Counted from the stretch's first letter, positions 40,076-49,726 are shown. The stretch is DNA of 64,000 nt from an uncultured Arcobacteraceae bacterium (GCA_964022095.1 CAXHZO010000005.1:1-64000); one strand, 5' to 3'. Numbers and translations: made by a program. The notes: a model not told the origin generated them from the letters alone.

Positions 40076-42853
40076 TTGAATAGTTTAATTACAAATAATC
40101 AATCAACAAACTTTTATAATCAATTAACCCAATTACTAAATCAGTGTGATAGTTTTATATTTAATGTAGCATTTATAAACTATAGCGGAGTGCAATTACT
40201 TCTTGATAGTTTAGAAAGTTTAAACAGCAAAAATATAAAAGGTAAAATACTAACTTCAACCTATCTATCTTTTACTCAACCAAAAGCCTTAGAAAAATTA
40301 AAAGAGTATAAAAATATTGAATTAAAAATCTTTGATTGTGATAGCCAAAATATGGGTTTTCACTCAAAATCATATATTTTTGAATGTAAAAATGACTATA
40401 AAATTATAGTTGGCTCTTCAAATATAACTGCAAGTGCCTTTAAAACAAATATAGAATGGAATGTAAAAACAATAAATAATAAAGAAGACTCCTTTGTAAA
40501 ATCTATTATTAGTGAATTTACAAAATTGTGGGATAAATCAATTTATGTAGATGATGAGTTTATTGAAAAATACAATAGTTTTTATAAGGATATAAAAAAA
40601 AGTAGCAAAAGTTTTAGTTTTAATAAAAGTGTAAAAACAAACTTTATGCAAGAAAATGCTTTAAAAAACTTAAGTAATTTAAGAAAAAAGAATCAATCAA
40701 AAGCTTTAGTAATAGCTGCAACAGGTAGTGGAAAAACATATTTAAGTGCCTTTGATATTAAACAGTTTAAGGCAAAAAGCGTGCTTTTTTTGGTTCATAG
40801 AGAAAATATTTTGATTTCTGCAAAAAAGAGTTTTGAATCGATAATAAATGATAAAACAATGGGTTTATATACAGGAAATAAAAAGCAATTAAATAGTGAT
40901 TATATCTTTTCTACAATTCAAACTATGAGTCAAAATTATGAAACTTTTGATAAAAAAGAGTTTGATTATATAGTAATAGATGAAGCCCATCATGTTACAA
41001 GTCCTAGTTATAAAAAAGTAGTAGAGTTTTTTACTCCAAAATTCTTATTGGGTTTAACGGCAACTACAAATAGAACAGATGGTGAGAGTATATATGAAGT
41101 ATTTGATGAAAATATTGCTTGTGATATCAGATTAAATGATGCATTAGAGCATAAGTTGGTAACGCCATTTCACTATTTTGGTATAAATGATATAAGTGTA
41201 GATTTACAAGAATTAGATTTAACAAAAATTGATGAACTTGCAAGGGTTTTACAAGTAAATAGAAGAGTAGATTTTATACTTGAAAAAATGAATCACTACA
41301 GTTTTAGTGGTACAAAAAGAAAAGCATTAGCTTTTTGTGTATCAAAAGAGCATGCAAAATACATGAGTGAAAAGTTTAATGAAAAAGGTATAAACAGTCT
41401 TTATCTCACTAGTGAAGAATCAATTCAATACAGAGAAGAATCAATTATAAAACTTCAAGATGAAAATGAAACTTTAGAGGTTATATTTAGTGTTGATATA
41501 TTTAATGAAGGTGTAGATATTCCATCAGTAAATACCGTTTTAATGTTAAGGCCAACAAACTCATCAATTGTTTTTGCTCAGCAGTTAGGTAGAGGATTAA
41601 GAAAATATAAGAATAAAGAGTTTTTAACGGTTTTAGATTTTATTGGTAATCATACAAAAGCTTACTTAGTTGTTTTAGCATTAATTGGGGATAAAAAAAT
41701 TGATAAAGAGAGTTTAAAAATCTCAATAGCTAATAACTTTGCAAATATTTCAAATGCATTTATTAATTTAGATGAAATCACTAAAAAAAGAGTGTTAGAA
41801 CAAATTAATAGTGAAAACTTTAGTGCAATAAAATATTTGAAAGAACAGTATTTAGAATTTAAGATATTTTTAGAAAATAAAACTCCAAAAATGGTAGATT
41901 ATTTTAAGTATGATGAATTTATTGATCCTATGAATTTTATTAAACACTCAAAATCATATATAGAGTTTTTAGCAAAAGTAGAGAAAAATGAAAAATTCAA
42001 AACTATAATAAAAGATGAACTTTTTTTAAAGGCAATTAGGTTTATTGAATATTTGCTTCCAATAAAAAGAGTTTATGAGTTTGTTGTTTTAAAAGAGCTG
42101 TTATTTCATAATAGTATAAATTTAAATGAGATTAAAATCAAATTAGAAAAATACTTAGACTTTGTTGATGAAAAAACAATAGAACACTGTTTTAAATATT
42201 TAGCATTTGAGTTTTTTGATAGTGGACAAAAAAATAGATATTTAAAACTTGTAAATCTAGAAAAACAAAAAATTATAAGAACAAAAGAGTTTGAATTACT
42301 ACTTTTAAATAATGAGTATAAAGCTATCTTTGAAGATAGTATAAGTTATGGTTTACTTCACTATGAGCAAAAGTTTTCTTTTAAAAACTATGGAATGCCA
42401 TTTTTAAAACTATATGAAAAATATAATATGCTAAATATTGCTCAGTTGTGTAATTTTCCTAAAATACATAGCTCTTTTAGGGGAAGTGGATTTTTAAAAT
42501 ATGAAAATGACTTCTTTTTATTTATCAATTTAAATAAAGAAAAGTTTTCAAAATCTTCCCACTATGAAAATGCATTTTTATCAAAAGATACATTTACTTA
42601 TCAAAGTAAACCTAGCATGAGTAAAGATAAAGGTGATGGTCAAAGGTTATGTAAAAATAAAGAATATGGGGTGAAATTACATATTTTTGTAAGAAAGTTT
42701 GTTCAAGTTGATAAAATAACGCAAGGTTTTATTTATTTGGGATTAGCAAATTGTATTAAATATTGGGACGATAAACCTATTTTCATTCACTTAAAATTAG
42801 AAAATGAATTAAGTGATGAGTTATATGAAGAGTTTACTAAAGTAGTTGATTAG
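40076..42853 (+). CDS. PLD nuclease-SF2 helicase-DUF3427-like protein (SauUSI-type type IV restriction candidate)
   Basis: FHSKSYIF...IVGSSNITASA (HxK...GSxN), ATGSGKT, DEAHH, TAT, FNEGVDIP, QQLGRGLR; C-terminal YENAF..TFTYQS, HIFVRK, FIYLG. Confidence 0.82.
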   Translation: MNSLITNNQSTNFYNQLTQLLNQCDSFIFNVAFINYSGVQLLLDSLESLNSKNIKGKILTSTYLSFTQPKALEKLKEYKNIELKIFDCDSQNMGFHSKSYIFECKNDYKIIVGSSNITASAFKTNIEWNVKTINNKEDSFVKSIISEFTKLWDKSIYVDDEFIEKYNSFYKDIKKSSKSFSFNKSVKTNFMQENALKNLSNLRKKNQSKALVIAATGSGKTYLSAFDIKQFKAKSVLFLVHRENILISAKKSFESIINDKTMGLYTGNKKQLNSDYIFSTIQTMSQNYETFDKKEFDYIVIDEAHHVTSPSYKKVVEFFTPKFLLGLTATTNRTDGESIYEVFDENIACDIRLNDALEHKLVTPFHYFGINDISVDLQELDLTKIDELARVLQVNRRVDFILEKMNHYSFSGTKRKALAFCVSKEHAKYMSEKFNEKGINSLYLTSEESIQYREESIIKLQDENETLEVIFSVDIFNEGVDIPSVNTVLMLRPTNSSIVFAQQLGRGLRKYKNKEFLTVLDFIGNHTKAYLVVLALIGDKKIDKESLKISIANNFANISNAFINLDEITKKRVLEQINSENFSAIKYLKEQYLEFKIFLENKTPKMVDYFKYDEFIDPMNFIKHSKSYIEFLAKVEKNEKFKTIIKDELFLKAIRFIEYLLPIKRVYEFVVLKELLFHNSINLNEIKIKLEKYLDFVDEKTIEHCFKYLAFEFFDSGQKNRYLKLVNLEKQKIIRTKEFELLLLNNEYKAIFEDSISYGLLHYEQKFSFKNYGMPFLKLYEKYNMLNIAQLCNFPKIHSSFRGSGFLKYENDFFLFINLNKEKFSKSSHYENAFLSKDTFTYQSKPSMSKDKGDGQRLCKNKEYGVKLHIFVRKFVQVDKITQGFIYLGLANCIKYWDDKPIFIHLKLENELSDELYEEFTKVVD

Positions 42854-42854
42854 T

Positions 42855-43046
42855 TTATGTTTTTAGTTGGATATTATTATCTTTATCTACATAAAAAGGA
42901 ATGTTGTTTTTTTCTAAAAGATTTGTCATTGTAAGTAGCTCTTTTGATAAATAAAAATCTGATATATTATTTTTTTTGTAGAATATATTTTTCTTTTCAT
43001 TATAATTAAAATAAAGTAGTTTAATTTCTTTAACATCAATAGACAT
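42855..43046 (-). CDS. small hypothetical protein
   Basis: SD AGGGAG upstream; about 63 aa; no recognisable motif. Confidence 0.5.
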   Translation of the reverse strand: MSIDVKEIKLLYFNYNEKKNIFYKKNNISDFYLSKELLTMTNLLEKNNIPFYVDKDNNIQLKT

Positions 43047-43107
43047 AATCACTCCCTTTTTAAAATCATATCTAAAGAGTGTCTCAGAAATTGCTCAATT
43101 TTTTATT

Positions 43108-44088
43108 TTATAAAAATACTCCATTTACTATATAGTACCTAATCAAGTAAAAAGAGCATATTAGGGTAAATAATAATATAAATATATTAGACAGTTTGTA
43201 TAAATAAGGAATTTCTTTATTTATGAAATATTTTGTAAAAAAGTTTGAAATACCAAAAAATACACCAAAAAATAGTGAAATCCAGACAAAATAACCTATA
43301 TAATTGTACTCTTTTTGAAGCATACAAAAAGGACATTGGTGTGTTGGAAGTTCATAAATATAGGTAGAGAAAAAGTATGTAACTGCATAATAAGCTATAT
43401 ATAAAAACATTAATGATGAGATAAAACTTACTATGGCTTTTTTCTGTATATTTGAAATCAATATTAATACAAATAGTAAGTAAAACAATATTAAAAGAGA
43501 TAAAATTGATAAATCAAAGGGGATTTTACTTCCTATACTATTTACTCCAAAAATCACAGAACAACACATTACTGGAGTTTGTGTTGAGATATTTGTTAAA
43601 TATAATATATCTAGAATAATCTCTATTGTAATTAAAATAAATAATGCAACAAATAAAAGATATTTTTTCTTTGTATAAGGATAAGTTTTTGCTTTTAGAT
43701 CAAGGGAATTTATAATAAGCCAAACCCCTATAATAAATATGATAAAGACTTTTAATGCCAGATTTACCTCTCCATATTCATTTGCACCCACTATTCCAGC
43801 AGCACACATAGCCCCAGGAACAATATTAGATAACAAGTCTAAGCTATAAGTAAAATAAGGAAATAGTATTAGTTTGACTATTAATACAAAAGATATTATT
43901 AATATTACAAGGTAAGATCTTTTTTCTAATTTATATTGTAATGAAGTAGTTTTATTAAAATCCCAATTTTTTAAAATCCCAATTGAATTATAAAAAGCAA
44001 TAGCAAGTAAAGCATAAAGTACAAACTGTGAAAATAAATATATGATTATATTATTTGATAATAAAATACTACTCACAGATTTTTCCAT
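43108..44088 (-). CDS. polytopic membrane protein with Cys/His motifs
   Basis: About 8 TM helices; PGAMCAAG, VMCCS, YELPTHQCPFCML. Confidence 0.8.
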   Translation of the reverse strand: MEKSVSSILLSNNIIIYLFSQFVLYALLAIAFYNSIGILKNWDFNKTTSLQYKLEKRSYLVILIISFVLIVKLILFPYFTYSLDLLSNIVPGAMCAAGIVGANEYGEVNLALKVFIIFIIGVWLIINSLDLKAKTYPYTKKKYLLFVALFILITIEIILDILYLTNISTQTPVMCCSVIFGVNSIGSKIPFDLSILSLLILFYLLFVLILISNIQKKAIVSFISSLMFLYIAYYAVTYFFSTYIYELPTHQCPFCMLQKEYNYIGYFVWISLFFGVFFGISNFFTKYFINKEIPYLYKLSNIFILLFTLICSFYLIRYYIVNGVFL

Positions 44089-44740
44089 CTTTTATATTTA
44101 TTATATTATCAACAAAATCTAAATTATCAAAAATTGGATCATGGGTTGCTACAATTATTGTTTTATTCAATTTTTTCAAATCTTTTAATACTTCTATAAA
44201 TTTTTTTGAGTTTTCTAAATCTAAGTTTGCAGTTGGTTCATCGCATAAAATAATATCAGGATTATTTACTAGTGCTCTTGCTATTGCACATCTTTGTTTC
44301 TCTCCACCTGATAAGTTATATACTAGTTCATTTTTTTTATGTGAGATGTTTGCTAATTGTAACGCTCTTTGTACTTTTTCATTTAATTGTCTTGTAGTAT
44401 AGTTTTGAGTAACAAGTGGTATAGATACATTTTGTTGTACATTTAATTCATTAAATAAATTGTATGATTGAAAAATAAATCCTATTTTATTTGCTCTAAA
44501 GTTTGAAGCATGAATATCTGGAAGCTTAGCTATTGATTCTTTATTAATAATCAATTCTCCACTTGTAGGTTTACTAAGTGTTGCTAGTATTGCTAATAGT
44601 GTTGATTTTCCACTACCACTAATACCTTTTAAAATTACGCAAGAGTTTGCTTTGACTTCAAGATTAATATTTTTTAAAGCATGAAACTCATTTTTTTTAT
44701 TTTCATTAAATATTTTATTTAAATTTACAATTTTTATCAT
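44069..44740 (-). CDS. ABC ATPase (LolD/MacB-like)
   Basis: GISGSGKST, GFIFQSYNL, LSGGEKQR, CDEPTANLD, ATHD. Confidence 0.92.
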   Translation of the reverse strand: MIKIVNLNKIFNENKKNEFHALKNINLEVKANSCVILKGISGSGKSTLLAILATLSKPTSGELIINKESIAKLPDIHASNFRANKIGFIFQSYNLFNELNVQQNVSIPLVTQNYTTRQLNEKVQRALQLANISHKKNELVYNLSGGEKQRCAIARALVNNPDIILCDEPTANLDLENSKKFIEVLKDLKKLNKTIIVATHDPIFDNLDFVDNIINIKDGKICE

Positions 44741-45915
44741 TTCATACTCTCACTTGCATCAATAATACTTGTCTTCCAAACAGGAATTAAAACAGCACTA
44801 ATAAATGGAATTATAAAAAATAAAAACAACATAGTAATAGTTGTAAAATCAATATTTGGAATAAAACTAACACTATTTTCAAGATTTTGAAACCCTAAGA
44901 AAATTGAACTTAATAGTGGAGCATTTAGAATAAAAACAAAAACAAATGCAATTATTACACCAATTAAAAATGCAAAAACACCAACTGTTAGATTTTCTAG
45001 CATTTTCAATTTTATAATATCTTTTATGCTCCAACCAACTGCTTTTAAAATACCTATTTCTTTTTTATCACTAGAGTTTATCATCGAGTATCTTTGGTAC
45101 AAAATTAAAATAAATGTAAACATAACACTTATAAAAATAGTTAAAAAGAAACCACCTTTGTAGTTAAACATATTTTCATATGCTTTTCTTATGTCATCTT
45201 TTTGAATTATTCTTATATTTGATTCTTTTAGTATTAATTCTGTTTTTATATTTTCTCTTTCAAGTTCATTTGGGACATTTAAAACGATATCTGTTGCCAT
45301 ATCTTCGTTAATATTTAGAATCTCTTTTGCTAAACTTATATCCATAATTATTAAATCATTTGCAATTAAATTAAACTCTTCTGGAAGAGTTTTAAATACT
45401 TTTATCTTTTTTGTATCTAGATTTTCAAGTCTAAAGACAAACTCATTTTTATAGTGATATTTATCAAAAATCTTTTTTACACCATTGCCTATAATCATAG
45501 AATCATTTTCTAAAAAAATTGATATATCAAGTTTATCTAATAGTTTTTGTAACTCTTTATTTGTGTTTTTCTCAAAAAGATCAATTCCAACAATTGTAAA
45601 GCTTACATCAGCAAATTTAAAATGGTATTGCCCGTATACTCTTTGTTGTGTTTGTGTAACTCCATTTATTGAAGAGAATTTATCAATCCATGATATTGGA
45701 ATATCAACAACTTTTCCAGCATTTAGTCTTTGAATTGTGAAATCTGCTTGGGAATCAAGGGTTGAATAAATCTCTTTTTTTAAACTAGTAGAAATAAACA
45801 TTACTGAACTGATTAAAAATACAATAGCTATAGAGATAAAAAATATTGCTAAATGTTTTGATTTATGTTTTATTAAAAGTAAAAATAGAAAATTAAAAAA
45901 GATACTATTTTTCAT
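44737..45915 (-). CDS. FtsX/LolE/MacB-type ABC permease
   Basis: TM1, large periplasmic domain, 3 TM; KKEIGILKAVGW; start trimmed to MKNSIF. Confidence 0.88.
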   Translation of the reverse strand: MKNSIFFNFLFLLLIKHKSKHLAIFFISIAIVFLISSVMFISTSLKKEIYSTLDSQADFTIQRLNAGKVVDIPISWIDKFSSINGVTQTQQRVYGQYHFKFADVSFTIVGIDLFEKNTNKELQKLLDKLDISIFLENDSMIIGNGVKKIFDKYHYKNEFVFRLENLDTKKIKVFKTLPEEFNLIANDLIIMDISLAKEILNINEDMATDIVLNVPNELERENIKTELILKESNIRIIQKDDIRKAYENMFNYKGGFFLTIFISVMFTFILILYQRYSMINSSDKKEIGILKAVGWSIKDIIKLKMLENLTVGVFAFLIGVIIAFVFVFILNAPLLSSIFLGFQNLENSVSFIPNIDFTTITMLFLFFIIPFISAVLIPVWKTSIIDASESMK

Positions 45916-46153
45916 ACACAAAATCCATATAACTAATATCTTTTTGACCTATAAATACAGTCTGAGAAGAATCTTTATACTCTTTTATTTTTGCTTCCCA
46001 AAAAGATGTTGAGTATGATATGTTAGGTAGTTTTGTTACGTTACTAATTAAAGATATATTACTATTTTGTTTTGTATAAAAAAATATAAAAAAACAAAAT
46101 ACTAAAATTAAAAAAACAAAACTAGAAATAAATGTTTTTGATAAAGTAGTAAT
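45905..46153 (-). CDS. unannotated 82-aa membrane-anchored protein, apparent ATT start
   Basis: AGGAG-6 nt-ATT; ITTLSKTFISSFVFLILVFCFFIFFY...VTKLPNISYSTSFWE...YMDFVYEK*; stop overlaps the permease start. Confidence 0.6.
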   Translation of the reverse strand: MTTLSKTFISSFVFLILVFCFFIFFYTKQNSNISLISNVTKLPNISYSTSFWEAKIKEYKDSSQTVFIGQKDISYMDFVYEK

Positions 46154-46211
46154 TTTAAACTCCTATTTTAAGTATATGTATTTTATCTAGGAAGTATTAA
46201 TCTTTCGTTAA

Positions 46212-46559
46212 TTAGTTTTTCTTTCCATACTCTATTTTCTCACCATTTTTGTCAACTAAAGGGTATTTTATTTCATTTAATATCATTTTATCAAAAATCG
46301 CTTTTTCTAAATCTATATCGAGTTTTATGCACATTCTTATTAGGTAAATTGCAATATCAGCAATTTCTTGTTTTGCATGTTCTTTTTTATCATTATCTAA
46401 ATTAGCTGCTTGCTCTAGGTTTAGCCATTGAAAAATTTCTACTAATTCTGATGCTTCAACACTTAAAGCCATAGATAAGTTTTTAGGGTTATGAAACTCT
46501 TCCCAATTTCTCTCATTTGAGAAATTTAAAATTCTTTCTTTTATTTTTTCAATATTCAT
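46212..46559 (-). CDS. MazG-like (DCTPP1/RS21-C6-type) nucleotide pyrophosphohydrolase
   Basis: ERNWEEFHNPKNLSMALSVEASELVEIFQW, EIADIAIYL, KYP. Confidence 0.88.
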   Translation of the reverse strand: MNIEKIKERILNFSNERNWEEFHNPKNLSMALSVEASELVEIFQWLNLEQAANLDNDKKEHAKQEIADIAIYLIRMCIKLDIDLEKAIFDKMILNEIKYPLVDKNGEKIEYGKKN

Positions 46560-46670
46560 ATGCTTATCCTTTTTTCTCACTAGCGCGTATTATACAGTTA
46601 TTATAAAGGCTCTAATATATAATATATATTAAAAAGTATATAATTGCCCAATTTTTCAGGAGATAAAATC

Positions 46671-47030
46671 ATGCCAAATAAAAATCAAATTTTAGAATTA
46701 AAAGATACTTTAATTCAAAGAAGAGAAACAATCTTATCAAATATCAATAGTAGTAGAGATAGTATTGATGATATTAAAAATCAAGAGATCAATGACGAAC
46801 TAGATTATGCGGAACTAGTTAGTGATTCTTTTACTCAAGGTATGATTGCAAATCATCAAATAGATGAGTTAAAACAAATAGATGAAGCAATTAAAAAAAT
46901 TGCTGATGAAACTTATGGTAAATGTGATATGTGTGGTGTAAACATACCTATTGGAAGGCTAAAAGCTAAACCATTTGCAAAGTTTTGTACAGAGTGTAGA
47001 GAAGTATATGAAAAAGAGAATAAAAATTGA
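46671..47030 (+). CDS. dksA: DksA/TraR-family C4 zinc-finger protein
   Basis: DELDYA, YGKCDMCG, RLKAKPFAKFCTEC; SD AGGAG before ATG 46671. Confidence 0.88.
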   Translation: MPNKNQILELKDTLIQRRETILSNINSSRDSIDDIKNQEINDELDYAELVSDSFTQGMIANHQIDELKQIDEAIKKIADETYGKCDMCGVNIPIGRLKAKPFAKFCTECREVYEKENKN

Positions 47031-48025
47031 TACAAAGAGTATATCCAAACAACAAAAAACTACATTTTAATTTTGAACAAAATGAAAATGATTTTTTTGT
47101 TGAAGAACAAGCTATACCTTTTTCAAATAAAGGTAGCTTTTTAATTTTAAAAGTAAAAAAGACAAACTCTGATACTTGGGAATTAATAGATAGACTCGCT
47201 AAGTTTTTAGGTGTTTATACAAATGAGATTGGTTATGCAGGCTTAAAAGATAAGCATGCAACAACTATTCAGTATATATCTATTCCTAAAAAGTATTCAA
47301 AAGAGATTAGAAACTTTAGGCATAAAAAAATAGAAATTTTAGATACTTGCTTGCACTCAAGTAAGTTAAATATTGGTGATTTAAAAGGTAATAGATTTAA
47401 GATTAATTTATTTAATGTTGGTTTTGAAGATTTAAATCATATACAAAAACTTATAAAAAAGATTTCAAAAAAAGGTATGCCTAATTATTTTGGATATCAA
47501 AGATTTGGAAAAGATGCTCAAGAGAATATTTTAAAAGCTAAAGAGATAATATATGAAGATGGGCTAATGAAAGATAGAAAAGTAGAGAAAATGTTAATAT
47601 CTGCATATCAAAGTACTTTTTTTAATGATTGGCTTGTTGAAAGGTTAAAACCATCTTTAGATGAATTTAAATTTTTAGATGGTGACGTTTTCTTCGATAT
47701 TTTAAAAGATAAGCTATTTACTCCTAAAGCAATAAATTCAAAAGTATTACAAGACTTTGAAAATAAAAATATTTCACCAACTGGATTACTTCCTGGTAGA
47801 AAAGTATTTAAAGCTATTGGAAAAGCAAGAGAGATAGAAAGCCAATTTGATGATTCATATATTAAAGAAAAAGGTTACAGAAGGGAAGCGATTGTATTTC
47901 CTAGTAATATAAACTGTTCATATGATAAAGATAAAAAAATGGCTACTTTAGATTTTATTTTGCCAAAAGGATCTTACGCAACAGTATTAATTGAATACCT
48001 TGCAAATAGAAATTTTAATAGCTAA
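47027..48025 (+). CDS. truD: tRNA pseudouridine(13) synthase
   Basis: DFFVEE, YAGLKDKHA, GNRF, PNYFGYQRFG, LPKGSYAT. Confidence 0.94.
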   Translation: MIQRVYPNNKKLHFNFEQNENDFFVEEQAIPFSNKGSFLILKVKKTNSDTWELIDRLAKFLGVYTNEIGYAGLKDKHATTIQYISIPKKYSKEIRNFRHKKIEILDTCLHSSKLNIGDLKGNRFKINLFNVGFEDLNHIQKLIKKISKKGMPNYFGYQRFGKDAQENILKAKEIIYEDGLMKDRKVEKMLISAYQSTFFNDWLVERLKPSLDEFKFLDGDVFFDILKDKLFTPKAINSKVLQDFENKNISPTGLLPGRKVFKAIGKAREIESQFDDSYIKEKGYRREAIVFPSNINCSYDKDKKMATLDFILPKGSYATVLIEYLANRNFNS

Positions 48026-48039
48026 TTTAGCTATTAAAA
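48013..48039. terminator. palindrome between convergent genes
   Basis: TTTTAATAGCTAA-T-TTAGCTATTAAAA. Confidence 0.6.
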
Positions 48040-49020
48040 TTATGGTAGAGTATAAACTTTGTTGTTATAAACTTTGTTATCTAAAACTATAAGTCTCTCT
48101 TGGCTATCAAAATCAAAATCATAAACTTTTTTTGATGTAAAGTCATTATTCAATTTTATAATAAACTCTTGAGATTCAATTGCATATAAAGAATCAGTAT
48201 ATGCTAAAGAGTGAATTTTAGAGTATTTGAATTTTGTTTTTACAATCTCTTCTAAACTTGGAGTTAGTTTTATGATTTGACCATCAATTGTCGCAATAAA
48301 TACTTCTTTGTCATGAACTAAAATATCTCTAAGTTCATAATCTTTTGCAAGTATTTGCTCTGGTGAAATAGATACAATTTTATTAGGAGTTGCAACAACA
48401 AGTGTTTGAAGCTCTTTTATTACACTTAAGTAAATAATATTATTAAACTCACCATCAGGATCAACTGAAATGTTTTTTACAGATTGATTAGTCTTTTTTG
48501 ATACAATAATTACTTTACCATTTAGTGTTGGAAATAGTATTAAATTACCCATAAAATGAGGGTTTGTAACTCTTGTATCATTTGCTAAAGATATAGGTTG
48601 ATACTCTTTAAATAGAGTTTTATTATTTGCCATATCTATTAATTCAACAGTATTATTTGAATATACTAATGCTAATCTATCATCTTTTAGTGAAGCTGCA
48701 ATAACAACATCTCCAATTGTAAGTTCTTCGTCTCCAACTAATATTTTGTCTTTGTAATTAGTTGCAATAACTTTTCCTTGAGCACTTACATTTAAAAAAT
48801 CGAAATTCTCTGGAAGTTTAAATTTACTAATTCCATCTTTTGTAATTATTTGACCATTTTCTAAAGTTGCACCAACTCTATTCATAGATTTAATATCAGC
48901 TGGCAAAGACTCTTTTTCAACTTTTAATTGACCTTCTGTATCTTCTGGTTCAAAATATTTTTTTGTAGAACAACCAGTTAGAAATAGAATTAAAGATAAT
49001 GAAATTAATAGATATTTCAT
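48040..49020 (-). CDS. lipoprotein, probable beta-propeller
   Basis: Lipobox LTGC; repeated blade-like motifs (FPTLNGKVIIV, FIATIDGQIIKL). Confidence 0.72.
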   Translation of the reverse strand: MKYLLISLSLILFLTGCSTKKYFEPEDTEGQLKVEKESLPADIKSMNRVGATLENGQIITKDGISKFKLPENFDFLNVSAQGKVIATNYKDKILVGDEELTIGDVVIAASLKDDRLALVYSNNTVELIDMANNKTLFKEYQPISLANDTRVTNPHFMGNLILFPTLNGKVIIVSKKTNQSVKNISVDPDGEFNNIIYLSVIKELQTLVVATPNKIVSISPEQILAKDYELRDILVHDKEVFIATIDGQIIKLTPSLEEIVKTKFKYSKIHSLAYTDSLYAIESQEFIIKLNNDFTSKKVYDFDFDSQERLIVLDNKVYNNKVYTLP

Positions 49021-49030
49021 AAGTTTTTCC

Positions 49031-49612
49031 TTATTTTGTTACTAAATAGTGATTTAGTAAATTTGCTAAGTCGTTAGCTTTTGATGTTTGAGGAATTAAG
49101 TTTAATGCAGTTTTTGCTTCTTCATATTTCCCCTCATTTGCTAAAAGTAAAGCTTTATTAAAAATGGCGAACTCTTTTAGTAAGAAATCACTCTCCATTG
49201 AAACAGAATTAAGTTGTGATATATTTTTTTCTTTTACAGCTTCTTGATAAGTTGATAACTCTTTTAAAAATGGAACATTAACTTTTACTATTTCACCTTT
49301 TTGTTTTGCTGCTAAATATGTAGCAATATTGTATAGACTTGTATTAGTATCTTTTAATTTTGTTAATGCATCTTTATCTGCAGGGTTTTTTAGTATTTTT
49401 TCAAATGCTAAATTAGCTTCTAATTTATTTGTTTCATCCATATTACTTTTAACAAATAGAGCAATTATAGCGATAACTAAAATAGCAATAAGTCCTAAAA
49501 TTAATGTTTTATATTTTTTGTAAAACCTTTCAACTTTAACAAAACCTTCAAGAAATTTCTCTTCACTGTTTAGTTCTTGTTTTACGTAGTCAACATTCTC
49601 TTTTAAACTCAT
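49031..49612 (-). CDS. membrane-anchored TPR protein (YfgM-like)
   Basis: Single TM after ERFYKKYK; helical C-terminus with KALLL...GKYEEAK TPR pattern. Confidence 0.7.
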   Translation of the reverse strand: MSLKENVDYVKQELNSEEKFLEGFVKVERFYKKYKTLILGLIAILVIAIIALFVKSNMDETNKLEANLAFEKILKNPADKDALTKLKDTNTSLYNIATYLAAKQKGEIVKVNVPFLKELSTYQEAVKEKNISQLNSVSMESDFLLKEFAIFNKALLLANEGKYEEAKTALNLIPQTSKANDLANLLNHYLVTK

Positions 49613-49726
49613 ATTTTTTTGCCTTTTATTAAATTAGTTGATATGTTACAAAATTTTTTATAAAATCTTACTTTTATAAACTTTTTAGTAGAATATATCT
49701 TTATAAATTCAAGAGGTTATTATTAC

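Noticed and set aside
38643..46640. Integrative element or prophage at tRNA-Gly
   Set aside because: No integrase, phage genes or distal att-like repeat found.
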